A DNA stretch of 64,000 nucleotides. Origin: Haliotis rufescens. Its lineage: Eukaryota. A program made the position numbers and the translations under genes. Below are positions 40,391-53,691 of this stretch, one piece after another; the first letter of the stretch is position 1, and the number at the start of each line of letters is the position of its first letter. The DNA lies in the NCBI RefSeq assembly GCF_023055435.1, contig NW_025964361.1, positions 30,132,001 through 30,196,000 of the forward strand. Reading direction: 5' to 3'. The notes under the pieces were generated by a model. It did not search any database, was not told the origin of the DNA, and worked only from the letters and a program-made list of their open reading frames with translations.

Positions 40391-40865
40391 ACCCCGCATC
40401 TTCACGGGTAGAACAGAAGGTATATCAGTTACACAAGGTTGCAATCTTGGAGGATGATTTCTCGGTTACTCACATGGTTACTTTCAGGCACTAACGGTTA
40501 CTCCCCCAGGAATGGTGAGTATAATGTCAGGTCAGGTCAGTCAGGTAAGGTCAGAGAAATTACAGGACAGTTTCGAACCCGAGCAACTCCGATAGTTCAT
40601 TTCCTGAGAAATCAGATACCCCCAGTTGGTTCGAAACAGGATTCAGGTTTTTCATCAGGTATTAGAAGGAAATTAATCAACAGCCTCACCTCATGCCTTT
40701 GCGAATGTCTCTGTCGAGCGTATTTCTGAAGTCATTAACACTGACGAGTGTATGTGTGGTGTTCAGCTACCTAAGTCTGCTCTTGTTAGGGAGGAGTGCT
40801 TGCCTTTTAATGGTTGGTGTCGCTTAAAGGGGATATATCCACATTACGGCAAATTCTAATTCTGA

Positions 40866-41213
40866 TGACCGCCTCCGTGGTCTAGTGGTAGAGCGTCCAC
40901 CCGGAGAGCGGAAGGTCCGGGGTTCGATCCCCGACCGCGTCATACCAAAAGACGTTAAAAGATGGTACTTATTGTTACCCTGTCTGGCGCTCGGCATTAA
41001 GGGGCTAAAACAAGGACTGGTCGGCTCGGAGTCAGTATACTGTGTCTGAGTGGGGTATTCATGTTCAACTGCGGCATTGTATCTCAGTGAGCTAGCACTA
41101 TATATCGGCATCAGTCCGGACTAGTACAAGCAGTAACACAAACACACACACGTACATGCACGTCGCTATATAAGTGCAGTAATCTTGGACGCGACGTTAA
41201 ACCCCATTTCACC
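40866..41213 (+). mobile_element. Family C SINE, full length, nested at the protease motif
   Basis: A box tggtctagtgg, B box ggttcgatccc, 11-bp TSD tctaattctga. Confidence 0.95.
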
Positions 41214-41787
41214 TCTAATTCTGAGAGACACAGAGCGCACCAGTTGTTGCTGTAGGAGGGCGTCCTCTCATTGTCGGGAGTTCTAGGTAATATTTCCTTT
41301 ATACGCTGTGACTCGATCTATGGCGAACAAGATCTCCCAGAAGATGCTTCTTTCATAGATTTTTCTCTTCGGGATATCGTTTCTTCAACTGAAAGTACTT
41401 TTCTTTCGAGCAGTACTGCTCATTTTTCGGAACCCGACCCTTTTCTCACTCCAACGGAGATGATTTTATTTCACAGGAACTTGTGAGACGAGCACTTTCT
41501 ACCAACGAGGCTGCCAGTTGGTAGGCTGCCCGATTGTTTCTGCTACTAAGATGATGTTTTGATGAGAAAATGGGGACATTCAGAAGTTTCTGCTCAAGAA
41601 GAGTGGAAAGGTTTTCACCAGGTTGTTGTTCTCCGAGATTTGGTGAACAAGTGATGAGTTTGGCCCATGATACTTCTGTGGCTGCTCAGTTGCGTGTTAA
41701 CAAAACTTTTAAACAAATATTTTAGCTCATTTCCTGTAGCCTAGATTGCATCAGGATTTGTCAAAGTTTTGTAAGACTTATCATGTA

Positions 41788-41957
41788 CAGTAAACTACGG
41801 TTATAACGAACTCAAAGGGACCACTAACTTTAGTTTGTTATAACCGTAGTTCGTTATAAACATATATACAGCATAACAATAGCAAATAGTCGGGACAAAA
41901 AAATCAGTATATCCGTCAGTTTGTTATAAGCGTGTTCGTTATAAACGTACTTTACTG
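41788..41957. mobile_element. CAGT-ended TA-TSD MITE, copy 3, nested in the integrase zinc finger
   Basis: ta|cagtaaactacgg...ctttactg|ta. Confidence 0.9.
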
Positions 41958-42219
41958 TATATCAGATGGCAGGAAAACATAATCAGACGATTCCACCTGT
42001 CCCTTTGAAGCCCGTACCAGCGTTTGAAGAGGTATTCAGTCGGGTCATTAGTGATTGTGTTGGTCTGTTGCCTAAAACAAAGTCTGGTAGCAGGTATTTA
42101 TTGACAATCATATGCGCTTCAAACAGATTCCCAGAAGCCATTTCATTGAGGAAAATTACTCCGCCAGTTATCGTTTGGCTTTGATCAAGTTTATCATCAT
42201 GGTTGCCTCTAAGTAGTTC

Positions 42220-42491
42220 GACTCGTGAAGATCCGGGGTAGAATAGGTCTTCAGCAAACCATGCTTGTCGTAAAAGGCGACTATGCTTGTCGTAAGAGGA
42301 GACTGGAACATGATCGGGTGGTCAGGCTCGCTGACTTGGTAGCTCCTTGTCATCGATCCCAATTGCGAGGATCGATGCTCATGATATCAATCACTGGAAT
42401 TGTCTGGTCCAGACACGATTATTTACAGACCGCCGTCATCTAGCTGGAATATTGGAGTGCGGCGGTAAGCAACAAACAAACCAAACCAAAC
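42220..42491 (+). mobile_element. Family A retroposon nested in the integrase core
   Basis: 11-bp TSD ctaagtagttc. Confidence 0.95.
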
Positions 42492-43187
42492 CTAAGTAGT
42501 TCAATCTGAACAAGGGTCGAATGCCATGTCAGGGTTGTTTCTGGTCATGTAAGAGTTGGGATATAGTGTCTATCACCTTGAGTCACAAGGTGCATCGGAG
42601 AGATATGAAGTCAGTCCAGGAATCCTTAGGGTTCAGTCCCCTTGAAATAGTCACACGGTTAGAGGACAACGTAAGCATTTGTGATGGAGCAATGGCTTAA
42701 TGACCAATCAGATTAGAACTTACAAAACCATGTGTTTCCTTTCCAATAGACTTCTGGGGAAAGCCGACGATGACAAAAGTTACAAAGATCAAAATTTCAG
42801 TCCTGGCGATCGGGTTTTGGTGTTGCTACCCAACCCTGGTCAACCACTGAGTGCTGGATACCATGGTCCTAATGTGATTGATAAGAAGATCAGTGAAACT
42901 GACCACATTGTCCAAACTCCGGGCTGTTGAAAACATTTGAATATGATAAATGGATATCATAACAGGTCTGAATAAGTGCCACCAAGATTCCTGTTGAATC
43001 TGACTTATATGAGTGCAATTCTGAATTAACCACTGATCATGTGATGTTTGTGAAGGTTAGCTCTAGGCTAAAAAATTCTGATGTGTTAAACAACCTTGAT
43101 GAGAAATTAACTAATCTTACTCCAGGCAACAGAGACAGTTGTCAGAGGTAATTCACGATTTTGTCCATTTATTTCCGGATGTACCTG

Positions 43188-43908
43188 CCATGTGAAGGTC
43201 TTCAGCAACCCATGCTTGCTGTTAAAGGCGCCTATGCTTGTCGTAAGAGGCGACTAATGGGATCGGTTGGTCAGGCTCGCAGACTTGGTTGATGCATGTC
43301 ATTGATCCAATTTGCGTGGATCGATGCTCATGATATTAATCACTGGATTGTCTGGTCCAGACTCGATTATTTACAGATCGCCGTCATATAGCAGGAATAT
43401 TGCTTGGTGCCGCGTAAAACAACCAACCAACCAACCTACCTGCGACGAATCTCTTCAGCACCGAGATCGCCACATGGGTTTTGAAATTGTGTTCAGCAGC
43501 TTTCTATTGATCTATGTCAGGGTACACATCTACACCTATGAGGAATCTAACCCGGTCTTACACGTGAGGAGTACCTTCTGATACTGTGCCACCTGGTATG
43601 GGATACCCCTTTATGGCTTGAGATAAGATGCAGCTGTCCTACCTGAATTTCGTGTTCTGCCTGAATGTGTTCCGTTGCTTTCTTTCCCAGAGTGATGACA
43701 GCTATGGAACTCGGTCATCATGCATGGTTCTGTGTTGCTCGTACTCTAAAATAAAGAATTGTTCGTCCAGAGAGAAACCTACAAACACTTGGGATTACAA
43801 TTGTAGGAAGAACGAGTGAGTCAGGTGGGTTTAACTCTGAACAGTTTTTCAGCAAATACCATCATAAAGCTGGAATATTGCTGAGTGCGGCGTTAAACAA
43901 CCAACCAA
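43188..43908 (+). mobile_element. Composite insertion: family A copy, ~415 bp transduced flank, second family A tail
   Basis: 13-bp TSD ccggatgtacctg at 43175 and 43909; 43439-43854 matches 53038-53462. Confidence 0.9.
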
Positions 43909-45869
43909 CCGGATGTACCTGGTCGAGCAGACCGACTTAATCATGCCGTAGATGTGTATGATGAAGTGCCTGTGCAACACCATCCATATCACATGAACCC
44001 AATCATCTTCCGAAAAAGAAGTCAAGTATATGTTGTAGAACGACACCATTAAACCAAGTGGCAGCGCCTGGTGTTCACCATGCATCCTGGTAGCCAAGCC
44101 TGACAACGCCTATCGATGTTGAAATCGTTATCAAAAACTGCCTCGGTCCCCATACTAAGAATTGACGACTTTATTGACAGAATTAGTCAAGTAAGGTTTG
44201 TGAGTAGGTTTGACCTTTTGAGTGGGTATTACTATATCCCGCTAAATGAGCTTGCTGAGAAGCTTTCTGCATTTATTACACCAACAACATCAAAATCAAT
44301 AAAGCTGTGCCATTTGGGTTAAAAGTGCACCAGCTACCTTTCCACCCCTTATGCATGACGTCACTTCAGGCCTACAAGGTATAGAGACATACACCGAAAA
44401 TGTTATAAGCCATGCAGTGGAGTGGGATGATCATTTGAAGAGGATCCGTGCCTTTTGTGAACGAGTATCACAGGTAAAATTGACTAAATCTTGCAACATA
44501 TGAATTTGCTGCCACGTGTTGTGTTCTTAGGACATGTAGTCGGTCTCGGTCACGTACAACTGATCAAAGGAAAGGTAGAAGCAGCTGCCAATTCCCAGTT
44601 CCAGCAAACCAAAATAAAGTTATAAGATTTCTGGGTATGACTGGTTACTCCAGAAAATGTTATCATCATTTCTCTACAGTAGTGGCCCCCTCTCACTTAT
44701 TTGATGGCAAAAAAGACGAAATGTTTTCGGGATAACCACTGCCAGGCAGCTTTTGAAAGGGTAAAATGACCCCTCTCACTTATTTGATGGCAAAAAAGAC
44801 GAAATGTTTTTGGGAATTCCCAGTCATGAAAGCACAAGATTTGGAGAAAACGTTTAAACTGACAATTGGTGCAAGTGACATTGGTGCTGATGGTGTTTTG
44901 TTACAGGAAGAAGTTTGAGAAGCCACAGAAAAATTACTCTACAATTGAGAAAGAAATTCTTGCTTTGATTTTGTCATTGCAACAGTTTCCCACTGAAAAG
45001 TTCACTGATCACAATCAACTGACTTTTCCTCGTGAGATGAAGAACAAAAATCATAGATTGATTAGGTAGAGTTTCTCTTTACAATGGTTTAATTTTGAGA
45101 TCAAGCATATCAACAACAAAGACAATGGAATTGCGGATGTTCTATCTGGAGTCAGTTGAATGGATGAGGACACAAATGATGTTTTGTTAATTATGCAGGA
45201 AGCATGTATTTTATGTTCTTTTAATAGTGTGTCGGGTCAACTTTCTCCTTGCAGTTGTCCATTTCAAAGAATGTTTTCACTGCACTCGAAGAGCCTTATG
45301 TGTAAGAGATAATGTTAGTGGCTAAGACTGTTGGGGGTCTGTTTGTGGTGGTTGTCCGTGGCAGCAATTGGCTAAACTACTAGTAACAAATTAGCAAGTG
45401 CTGTCGTGGCCAAAATGGAACAGCAGTGAACATTGAGCTTTCCTGAATGGCTTCGTTCTAGAACTAGGTTTATCTGCCCTTATGGTGTAGATGAACATGG
45501 CAGACTTGATCGTACAAGACATGTCTGTTTGGGACAGTTTCTGAAGGCTGGCTGTATCTAATGAGAGCAACACGGGGACGATTCCAGGCTTTATCGATCT
45601 CACTTGTTTCTAATGTACCTTTTAAGTGCAATTTGGATACCCAAACTGGGCAAAAGAAGGTATACACCTGACAGCTGGATTTGTAAAAAACTACAAACGT
45701 TATGAAAACGTTTGTAGGGTGAAAACAGTCTAGAAAACCCTGCATACTTAAGGTCAAAAACACGAAATGATACCCTTATTAAATACATCAACATCGAATA
45801 ACTATTTGTTATTTGTTTCACATAAGCCACCATCAAATATTGGTGTATATTTTCTTTTGCTCGTCCATC

Positions 45870-46170
45870 ACAACAATTACTTTCCCATACCGCGGTTGTT
45901 GTAACTATTACTTCCATAATAAAAAATTACTTACTCATCCTAAAGTTGCTGTTACCACTACTATGACTTCCATAATAAACAATTACTTTCTCATACCACA
46001 GTTGCTGTTACTATTACTTCCATAATAAACAATTACTTTCTCATACCACAGTTGCTGTTACTATTACTTCCATAATAAACAATTCATTTCTCATACCACA
46101 GTTGCTGTTGCTATAACTTCCATAATAAACAATTAATTTCTCATACCACAGTTGCTGTTGCCATTATACC
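45870..46170. repeat. Minisatellite, ~50-bp unit, ~6 copies
   Basis: ttccataataaacaattactttctcataccacagttgctgttactattac. Confidence 0.95.
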
Positions 46171-46214
46171 TTTTATTTTTAGTACCACCACTACTAGTTG
46201 AGTGTCCGTGGAAC

Positions 46215-46320
46215 ATTGCTCATGATGTCAATCACTGGATTGTCTGTGCCAGACTCGATTATTTCTAGACTGTCGTTATGCAGCTGGAAGAGCCCTGACT
46301 GAAGTGTAAAACAACAAACT
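46215..46320 (+). mobile_element. Family A 3' fragment
   Basis: tgctcatgatgtcaatcactggattgtctg...aaacaacaaac. Confidence 0.8.
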
Positions 46321-46474
46321 TCACTGCTACTGTTTCTGCTTCTACAACGCATGCCACATCCTACAAACGCTCCCGAACCAGCTGTTGCTACCATTACCGT
46401 TACTACTCGTTTAACAGTAGGTATTAATACTGATATTAACAACAAAACGATGACATCACTGACACAGTCAATTT

Positions 46475-46855
46475 TCTACAAGCACCACCTCAGCAACGAC
46501 TTCCACTACACCAACAACCACAACAAATCACACGACCTCAGCAACGACTTCCACCTCACCAACCACCACTACAAGTTATATTAACTTAGCAACGACATCC
46601 ACTACACCAACCACCACTACAAATGATACTACCACAGCAACGACTTCCACTACACCAACTACGACAACAAATTTTACCGCCTCACCAACGACGTCTACCT
46701 CACCAACCGCCAGTACAAATTATACTACCTCAGCAACGACTTCCACTACACTAACTACGACAACAAATTTTACTACCTCAGTAACGACGTCCACCTCACC
46801 AACCGCCAGTACAAGATAACTACCTAGTTTCCACTACACCAACTACGACAACACG
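46475..46855. repeat. Minisatellite, ~48-bp A/C-rich unit, ~8 copies
   Basis: cctcagcaacgacttccactacaccaac recurs. Confidence 0.9.
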
Positions 46856-47752
46856 TGGTGCCACCACGGATTGGTAAGCCGCTACTCCAACATTAATCAT
46901 GGCAATGATGATGATGAAAATGATGGAGATGATAATGATGATTGTATCTACAACCCATCTGTTTCGTGTGCGACATATCTGAAAGGCGGCGAGACGAGAC
47001 GGTGTGCTGCCCCGATGTAACAGGTGTTCGGTGTTAATAACATCTCTCCTGTCAGGGCCGGTACTACTATTGCCTGTAACGCTGAAATTACATTTGAAGC
47101 TATTACTACACCACCAAAAACATAAAATATCTCCTCCTATTGTATAAGATAGGACATTACCGTTGGAGACTATAAATAAATCAAGATATTGTCAGTGAAA
47201 ATGTGCAATTGAGAGGGCAGAGAATAGGCGAAACATCCAGTTACAATCATTTCGAGAGCAAGCACCACTTAAACTACCAATACATGTTGCCGTTTTGGGG
47301 CGGTGTTTATATTGCAATATCGAGTGTCGGTGACTATGTCAAACTGTTTTATTACTGTGTTTGGCTTTACTTAATTGTATATAGCCAGTTATCAAATATC
47401 AACCTTCTCGACGTAGCCAGGGAGCTTGGATTATGTAGTCCCTGGGGAGCTGATGATGACACCACCAACATCAACAATGATAATGGTAACAATAATAATG
47501 ATGATGATTATAATGATATTTTTACTAAAGCTTATGATAGGGATATTTGTAAGTATCATAATAATTCTCATATTTCCACTACTACGACTACTACTACTAC
47601 GACGAGGACGACGACTTCTACAACTATTCCATCATGGCAAAATAGGTCCCTCCTACTGTTCAATAAGCACAATATTATAGCAACTCCGCCCACCGCCACC
47701 CTAACCAATGGCAACCGAACAGCACCATCACCGCTACACCTACTGCACACAC

Positions 47753-47846
47753 CTCGACGTGTACAGAGAAGGATGCTCCAAGCTGCGGTCAACGTCACAC
47801 CTAGCAGGAAACTCGTCACGCTGCTCCGTGACATGTGGCGTGACAT
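47753..47846 (-). CDS. Candidate first coding exon: signal peptide or membrane anchor, phase-1 donor
   Basis: MSRHMSRSSVTSFLLGVTLTAAWSILLCTRR then GAG|gtgtgt; possible acceptors at 47931 or 47947; GC-rich unique island between simple repeats. Confidence 0.35.
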
Positions 47847-48109
47847 CCGGGTTCCCTACAGCCGTGGCGTTATCGCTTTGTCGCTTCTACAACACAGCCT
47901 GTCGGCCGTCACTGAATCAAACCCATCGAACTAAAAAAAACACTTCCTGAAAGTGTCTGACATTTTGTGTGTCGTGTAGAATTGAATGTCAGTAAGTGCG
48001 TTTAACAACGTCGCACACGTTTCGCAGCCTATTTTGGTATCATCCCGTGTGGCGAAATCCAACCCCCATCAGCCATCTAACCCATCCTCTCATCACTCCC
48101 ACCCTCCTC

Positions 48110-49220
48110 TCTTCTTTACCCATCCTAACCTCATCTCACCCACCCTAACCTCAGCACCACCCTAACCTCATCACCACCACCCTAACCTCATCACCATCCG
48201 TCCACACATCACCAGCACCCTACCCTCACCACAACCACACTAACCCCATCACCATCACCTAACCTCATCACCAAACCTAACCTCATCACCATCACCTAAC
48301 CTCATCAATACCACCTGACCTCATCACCAAACCTAACCTCATCACCATCACCATCACCTAACCACATCACCTAACCTCATCACCACCACCTAACCTCATC
48401 ACCATCACCTAACCTCATCACTTCCATCTAACCTCAGCACCACCCTAACCTCATCACCACCACCCTAACCTCATCACCACCCGTCCACACATCACCAGCA
48501 CCCTACCCTCACCACAACCACACTAACCCCATCACCATCACCTAACCTCATCACCATCACCTAACCTCATCACCAAACTTAACCTCATCACCATCCCCTT
48601 ACCTCATCAATACCACCTGACCTCATCACCAAACCTAACCTCATCACCATCACCATCACCTAACCACATCACCTAACCTCATCACCACCACCTAACCTCA
48701 TCACCATCACCTAACCTCATCACTTCCATCTAACCTCATCACCACCACCTAACCTCATCACCACCACCTAACCTCATCACTTCCACCTAACCTCATCACC
48801 ACCACCTAACCTCATCACTTCCACCTAACCTCATCACCATCAACTAACCTCATCACTTCCACCTAACCTCACCACCACCACCTAACCTCATCAACACCAC
48901 CTAACCTCATCACCACCACCTAACCTCATCACTTCCACCTAACTTCATCACCACAACCTAACCTCATCACCACCACCTAACCTCATCACCACCACCTAAC
49001 CTCATCACCATCACCTAACCTCATCACCACCACCTGACCTCATCACCATCACCTAACATCATCACCATCACCTGACCTCATCACCATCACCTAACCTCAT
49101 CACCACCACCTGACCTCATCACCATCACCTAACATCATCACCATCACCTGACCTCATCACCAAACCTAACCTCATCAACAAACCTAACCTCATCACCTAA
49201 CCACCTCACCACCACCCCTA
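48110..49220. repeat. Minisatellite, ~16-19-bp unit (acctaacctcatcaccatc), with a ~270-bp higher-order duplication
   Basis: Visible directly; the block ccgtccacacatcaccagcaccctaccctcaccacaaccacac occurs at ~48198 and ~48481. Confidence 0.95.
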
Positions 49221-50929
49221 CAGTCAGCACCCCCACCCTCCTCTATCACACTCGCCCATATCTACGACCACACAGAATGGTGCGCCGTGTTTGTGCGGTT
49301 TTGAGTTTCAGACTGCCTGTATTGAGATTGAAGTCATGTCGACCCTTATTAACAACACTGACAATATCCGTTTATTAAACATTCAAAACAAATCATATCA
49401 CTCGTAACAGGCTCCTATGTTTTACAACAAAACAAATAAGGAATAATAAATCGTTTTAAGCGAAAAGGTTAAGATAGTGATCAAGCTGTGTTTATTAAAA
49501 TTCTGCGGATGATCATGTTTCTTCAGCAAAGAATCGTTTTCGTGCTGACGCAATAAACTTGTTCGCACATGAGATCTACGAACAAAGTTGAATAGAGCTT
49601 AATTCGCATCTTATGCAAATGCCCTACCAGCGGGTGAGTGGTATTTGCACTCTAGAACTGGGGGACTGCTCACTTTCTCTGTGTGGGGCTTAATTCTAAT
49701 AAAATATCTCGTAGTTACGGCTGATTTAATATAATAAAACATGCGGCGATATTGCCCGGCATTTATAGTGGTGTTTTCCAAATCCAGGAATTAACAGAGC
49801 TCAGTATAAATTTCGACAGCTGGCGATTAGTGTTAATAACAGTTGACATTTGGGGGACACTCCATTTGTCAGAACCCCAAGGGAGGTAACCCTTGTTGAC
49901 AGTCTAACCGGATATCGATCGGCTGATATCTGGCGAGTCTCTCGCCAAATTGCGAGTGACACAAGATATGATTTACCCCGACGTCGCACCATGCAATATT
50001 CCGTCTGGTAGGCATACAAATAGCAGAATTGATTGCCCATCTAATGTAATTCGCCAAATCCTTTTGAGGAATTTCAAATCGATTGTTTTTCTTGAGAAAG
50101 GGACAAAAATTCGAGATGTTCCTATCATGAAATACGACTAAACGCAACACGGGTCCATGGCGGCATGATCAAAGAGTAAGTGGCTCCCGCTTCAGGGAAT
50201 GAAAGTCGGCCGGCTGCCTGCCGCTCTTTGAATGTAGCAATTGCGTAGAGGCAGATAGTTTATATCAACAAGTGTGCCTTTTGGCATAGTGTTCAGACAA
50301 CTATTCTCCTCGGTCAGCCTTGGGCGAGAAATTTATATATGCAAGAATAAGCTGATGTTTGATAAAAGTAGTACCGGAACGGCCATGGTAAGGCATAACG
50401 AGATTTATTGTCGAAATTGCTTGGGTTTATTTTGATATCTCAGACAACCAAATTAGGATAATGGAGGGTGTTTTGGCGTGAGCGAATAATGTCACCTCAA
50501 AGACGGAAAAAAGTGCAGACATGGATGGTATTTTAAACAAAAAACTCTAAAACCTTACAATATTGTCTTTTTAAAAGAAAAAGAAAAAAAAGGTAAACGA
50601 ATTCTGCAAAAACGGTTTCAGTAATGCTTGGTTCTTATCTTGGGTAAATAATTGAATAATTAGGTGGTTAGGTGTACCCCTGATAGAGGCAAGTACCCTA
50701 GAGGAGATCTGTGAAAGAGGTCGCTTCCTCTGCCCTGCTCATACAGCTCGTCATGATGGCTCTGGTTAATGTCGGTGGTAGTGTGCACGAATAACTTTTC
50801 TTGTGAAATGCTGATATCTTCTTACTTTTTCCTTTAAACAACAGATCTAAAATGTCATATAGTGACAGGGGTGTTTTGGTACACATCCTGATATTTGAAT
50901 GTGTGTGCGCTGTTGCAGCCAACTTTCTT

Positions 50930-51271
50930 CACTCGCTCTGTCATACTCTTGGTCTCCCTCTTTCTGACCTCTCCTCCATCTGTATCGCTCTCCTTTTCTC
51001 CCCCACTCTCTCTGTCGCTCTTTCGCTTCTACTCACTCCCCTCTTTGTGCCATACTGTCTCTTTTTTCCCTTTCTCTCTCCTCCTCCCACCCCTCTCTGT
51101 GCCATACCCTCTCTCCCCTCTCTCTTCCCACCCCTCTCTGCCATACTCTCTCGCGCTCTCTCTGTCATACTCTCTGTCCTCCACTCTGTCTGTAGCCCCC
51201 CACCTCTCTGAGTGCTATACTCGCTCTCTCAACCCTCTCAATATATCCATATAACCACCTCTCTCTCTCTT

Positions 51272-51317
<46 letters not shown>

Positions 51318-51320
51318 CAC
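50930..51320. repeat. Polypyrimidine / (CT)n tract
   Basis: Visible directly. Confidence 0.95.
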
Positions 51321-52769
51321 TCAAGTATAAGTAGCTAATTTTTTATATTATGAAAGTGACGATATAAGTAATTACAGCCCGTGTAAAGTCAAGTCTGAAC
51401 AACATTATGAAATATATATAAAACAAAATGTTCCAAATATTATAAATAAAAAACTAGACGATTGGTGATATTCACCAGCTGTGGCTGCTAGTGTGGGTTG
51501 TTCATTTCCTCCATGAGTAGGACTGACCGTTGGTGAAAAAGAAGAATGAATTTCAGTTTCCGAGTTTGCGATAATCGATCAACAAACGATGATCGATATG
51601 CCCACAAAGGTCAGGTGGCAGCAGCGCATAACATCCGCTCAAACTCGGTTGATGTCACAGAAAAAAATGTAATATCGTTTGCCTCAATCAAATTTATTGC
51701 AATCCATTGTTAGTGGCGTCAAGTTGTTTTCGTAATGACATTATAGTTGTAGTTTTTGCATGAAAAATTGAAAGCGATAGCTGTTTTGGCCAATGACAGC
51801 GGAATCTGGGGAGCGAATCCCACCCAGCAGCCCCGCGGGCTAAACACCAGCCTGGCATTGGCGGCAACTGAGAGCATCTCAATACTCATAAAAAATGTGG
51901 ATGATGTATACCAGAGCTGGATCATAAGTCAGAAAAATAGATTTTTTTATACATTCATAGATACGAAATGAATAAAACGTTAGATGAGATTAAAAAATAG
52001 CCGTTGTCAATATTCACCACAGCGCAATTACAAATAACAAGCTCAAAGCAAAAAACTCCAATCGGGCCCTTTTTAAATAAAAACAACGCGAAATAATTCG
52101 AACCTGCAATGTGAGTTACGAGACAGGTAGACACTCATCGTAGGTTCAACGGGGTTGAAACTGCAATGTTATATTCAATGATACCAGAGAAGTGAAATTA
52201 TGAATATAGTGGTACAGTGAGACCGTCCGTCTGCTCTTGATAACATCGGCAATATATCAGGAAGGTAATGTGCATGCGTGCATATCTAATGCATCATTTT
52301 GAATAAAGGGCATGATTATGCATGTCTGTCCTGAATTAATTCAACGACTAATAATTAATTTTATTCCAGAACAATTATCCAATAATATTATCAAGACAGA
52401 CGCAAAGTTGCCAATTGAAACCATTTGTGTTTTTACACGTTTTGAGAAAATGACATAACATATAAATATATAAAGGAATCAGTGTTAGATTTTCAAACTG
52501 AACCTGACCCACTTTCCTTGCAAACCATTTTGTCTTTCTCTGAAGGGACAAGCAGGGACATATTTTTCAAAGAATATTTCCATTTCTGTGCGATCGTATA
52601 TACACATAAATCTGGTGTATCATTTTGCTTTTTCAACTTCCATAATTTTAAATGCAACTACATTTCAGTTGTGTGCACACATATTGTAAGGTTTTTTTGC
52701 CATCCAAATTCCATTAACCGTTGTGACCTTCCTTCCGATCTTCACATCTGCATGCTCCTGCGACGAATC

Positions 52770-53037
52770 GATCCGTGAAGATCCGGGGTAGAATAGGTCT
52801 TCAGCAACCCATTCCTGCCGTAAAAGGCGACTCTGCTTGTCGTAAAAGGCGACTGACGGGATCGGTTGGTCAGGCTCGCTGACTTGGTTGATGCATGTCA
52901 TCGATCCTAATTGCGTGGATCGATCCTCATGATATCAATCAATGGTTTGTCTGGTCCAGACTAGATTATATACAGATCACCGTCATATAGTTGGAATATT
53001 GCTGGGTACGGCGCAAAACAACAAACAAACAAACCAA
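52770..53037 (+). mobile_element. Family A retroposon, full length (likely transduction source)
   Basis: 13-bp TSD cctgcgacgaatc at 52757 and 53038. Confidence 0.95.
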
Positions 53038-53691
53038 CCTGCGACGAATCTCTTTAGCACCGAAATCGCCACATGGGTTTTTAAAATTGTGTTCAGCAGC
53101 TTTCTATTGAGCCATGTCAGGGTACACATCTACACATATGAGGAATCTAACCCGGTCTTACACGTGAGGAGTACCTTCTGATACTGTTGTATGGGATACC
53201 CCTCTATGGCTTGAGATAAGATGCAGCTGTCCTACCTGACTGGTTCTTCCTGACTGCGTTCCGTTGCTTTCTTTCTCAGAGTGATGGCAGCTGTGGAACT
53301 CGGTCATCATGCTTGGTTCTGTGTTGCTCGTACTCTAAAATAAAGAATTGTTCGTCAAGAGAGAAACCTACAATCACTTGCATCATGAATACACGAGTGG
53401 GATTACAGTTGTAGCAAGAACGAGTGAGTGAGGTGGGTTTAACTCCGAACAGTTTTTCAGCATATAACGCTTTGTGATAAAAAGCAGGATGTAAAACAGA
53501 GCCTTGGCTTATACGACTTTGTCAAGCTAAATCAGCAACGTCATGCCTGACAGTTGATATCCCAGGTGGTGACCAATGCCATTTTGACCAACCGATCCCC
53601 TTTTAGTCACCTATGAGAAACATAAGGTCCCTGCATAATGTGATTCACGGTTGATACCGGAATGGTTGGACATGTTAGTCCATTTCGCGAA

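Larger units (their letters stand above)
40135..45159 (+). mobile_element. Decayed Ty3/gypsy LTR retrotransposon with Gmr1-type domain order (gag-PR-INT-RT-RNase H)
   Basis: gag EQKVYQLHKVAILEDDFSVTH (~40391); protease ILILRDT (split by a SINE); integrase LAHD..CKTxHVxQMAGK..FSRVISDCVGLLPKTKSGSRYLLTI..FPEAISLR and PGDRVLVLLP..YHGP; RT WCSPCILVAKPD, RIDDFIDRI..FDLLSGYY..SAFITP; RNase H QKNYSTIEKEILAL..TDHNQL..DNGIADVLS. Many stops and frameshifts. LTRs not identified. Confidence 0.9.

Noticed and set aside
47203-47934. 243-aa plus-strand ORF
   Set aside because: Non-ATG start and largely built from AAT/GAT/ACT simple repeats; the opposite strand has the better exon candidate.
48110-49220. Telomere-like CCTAACC motifs
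   Set aside because: Embedded in a 16-19-bp minisatellite unit, not (TTAGGG)n arrays.
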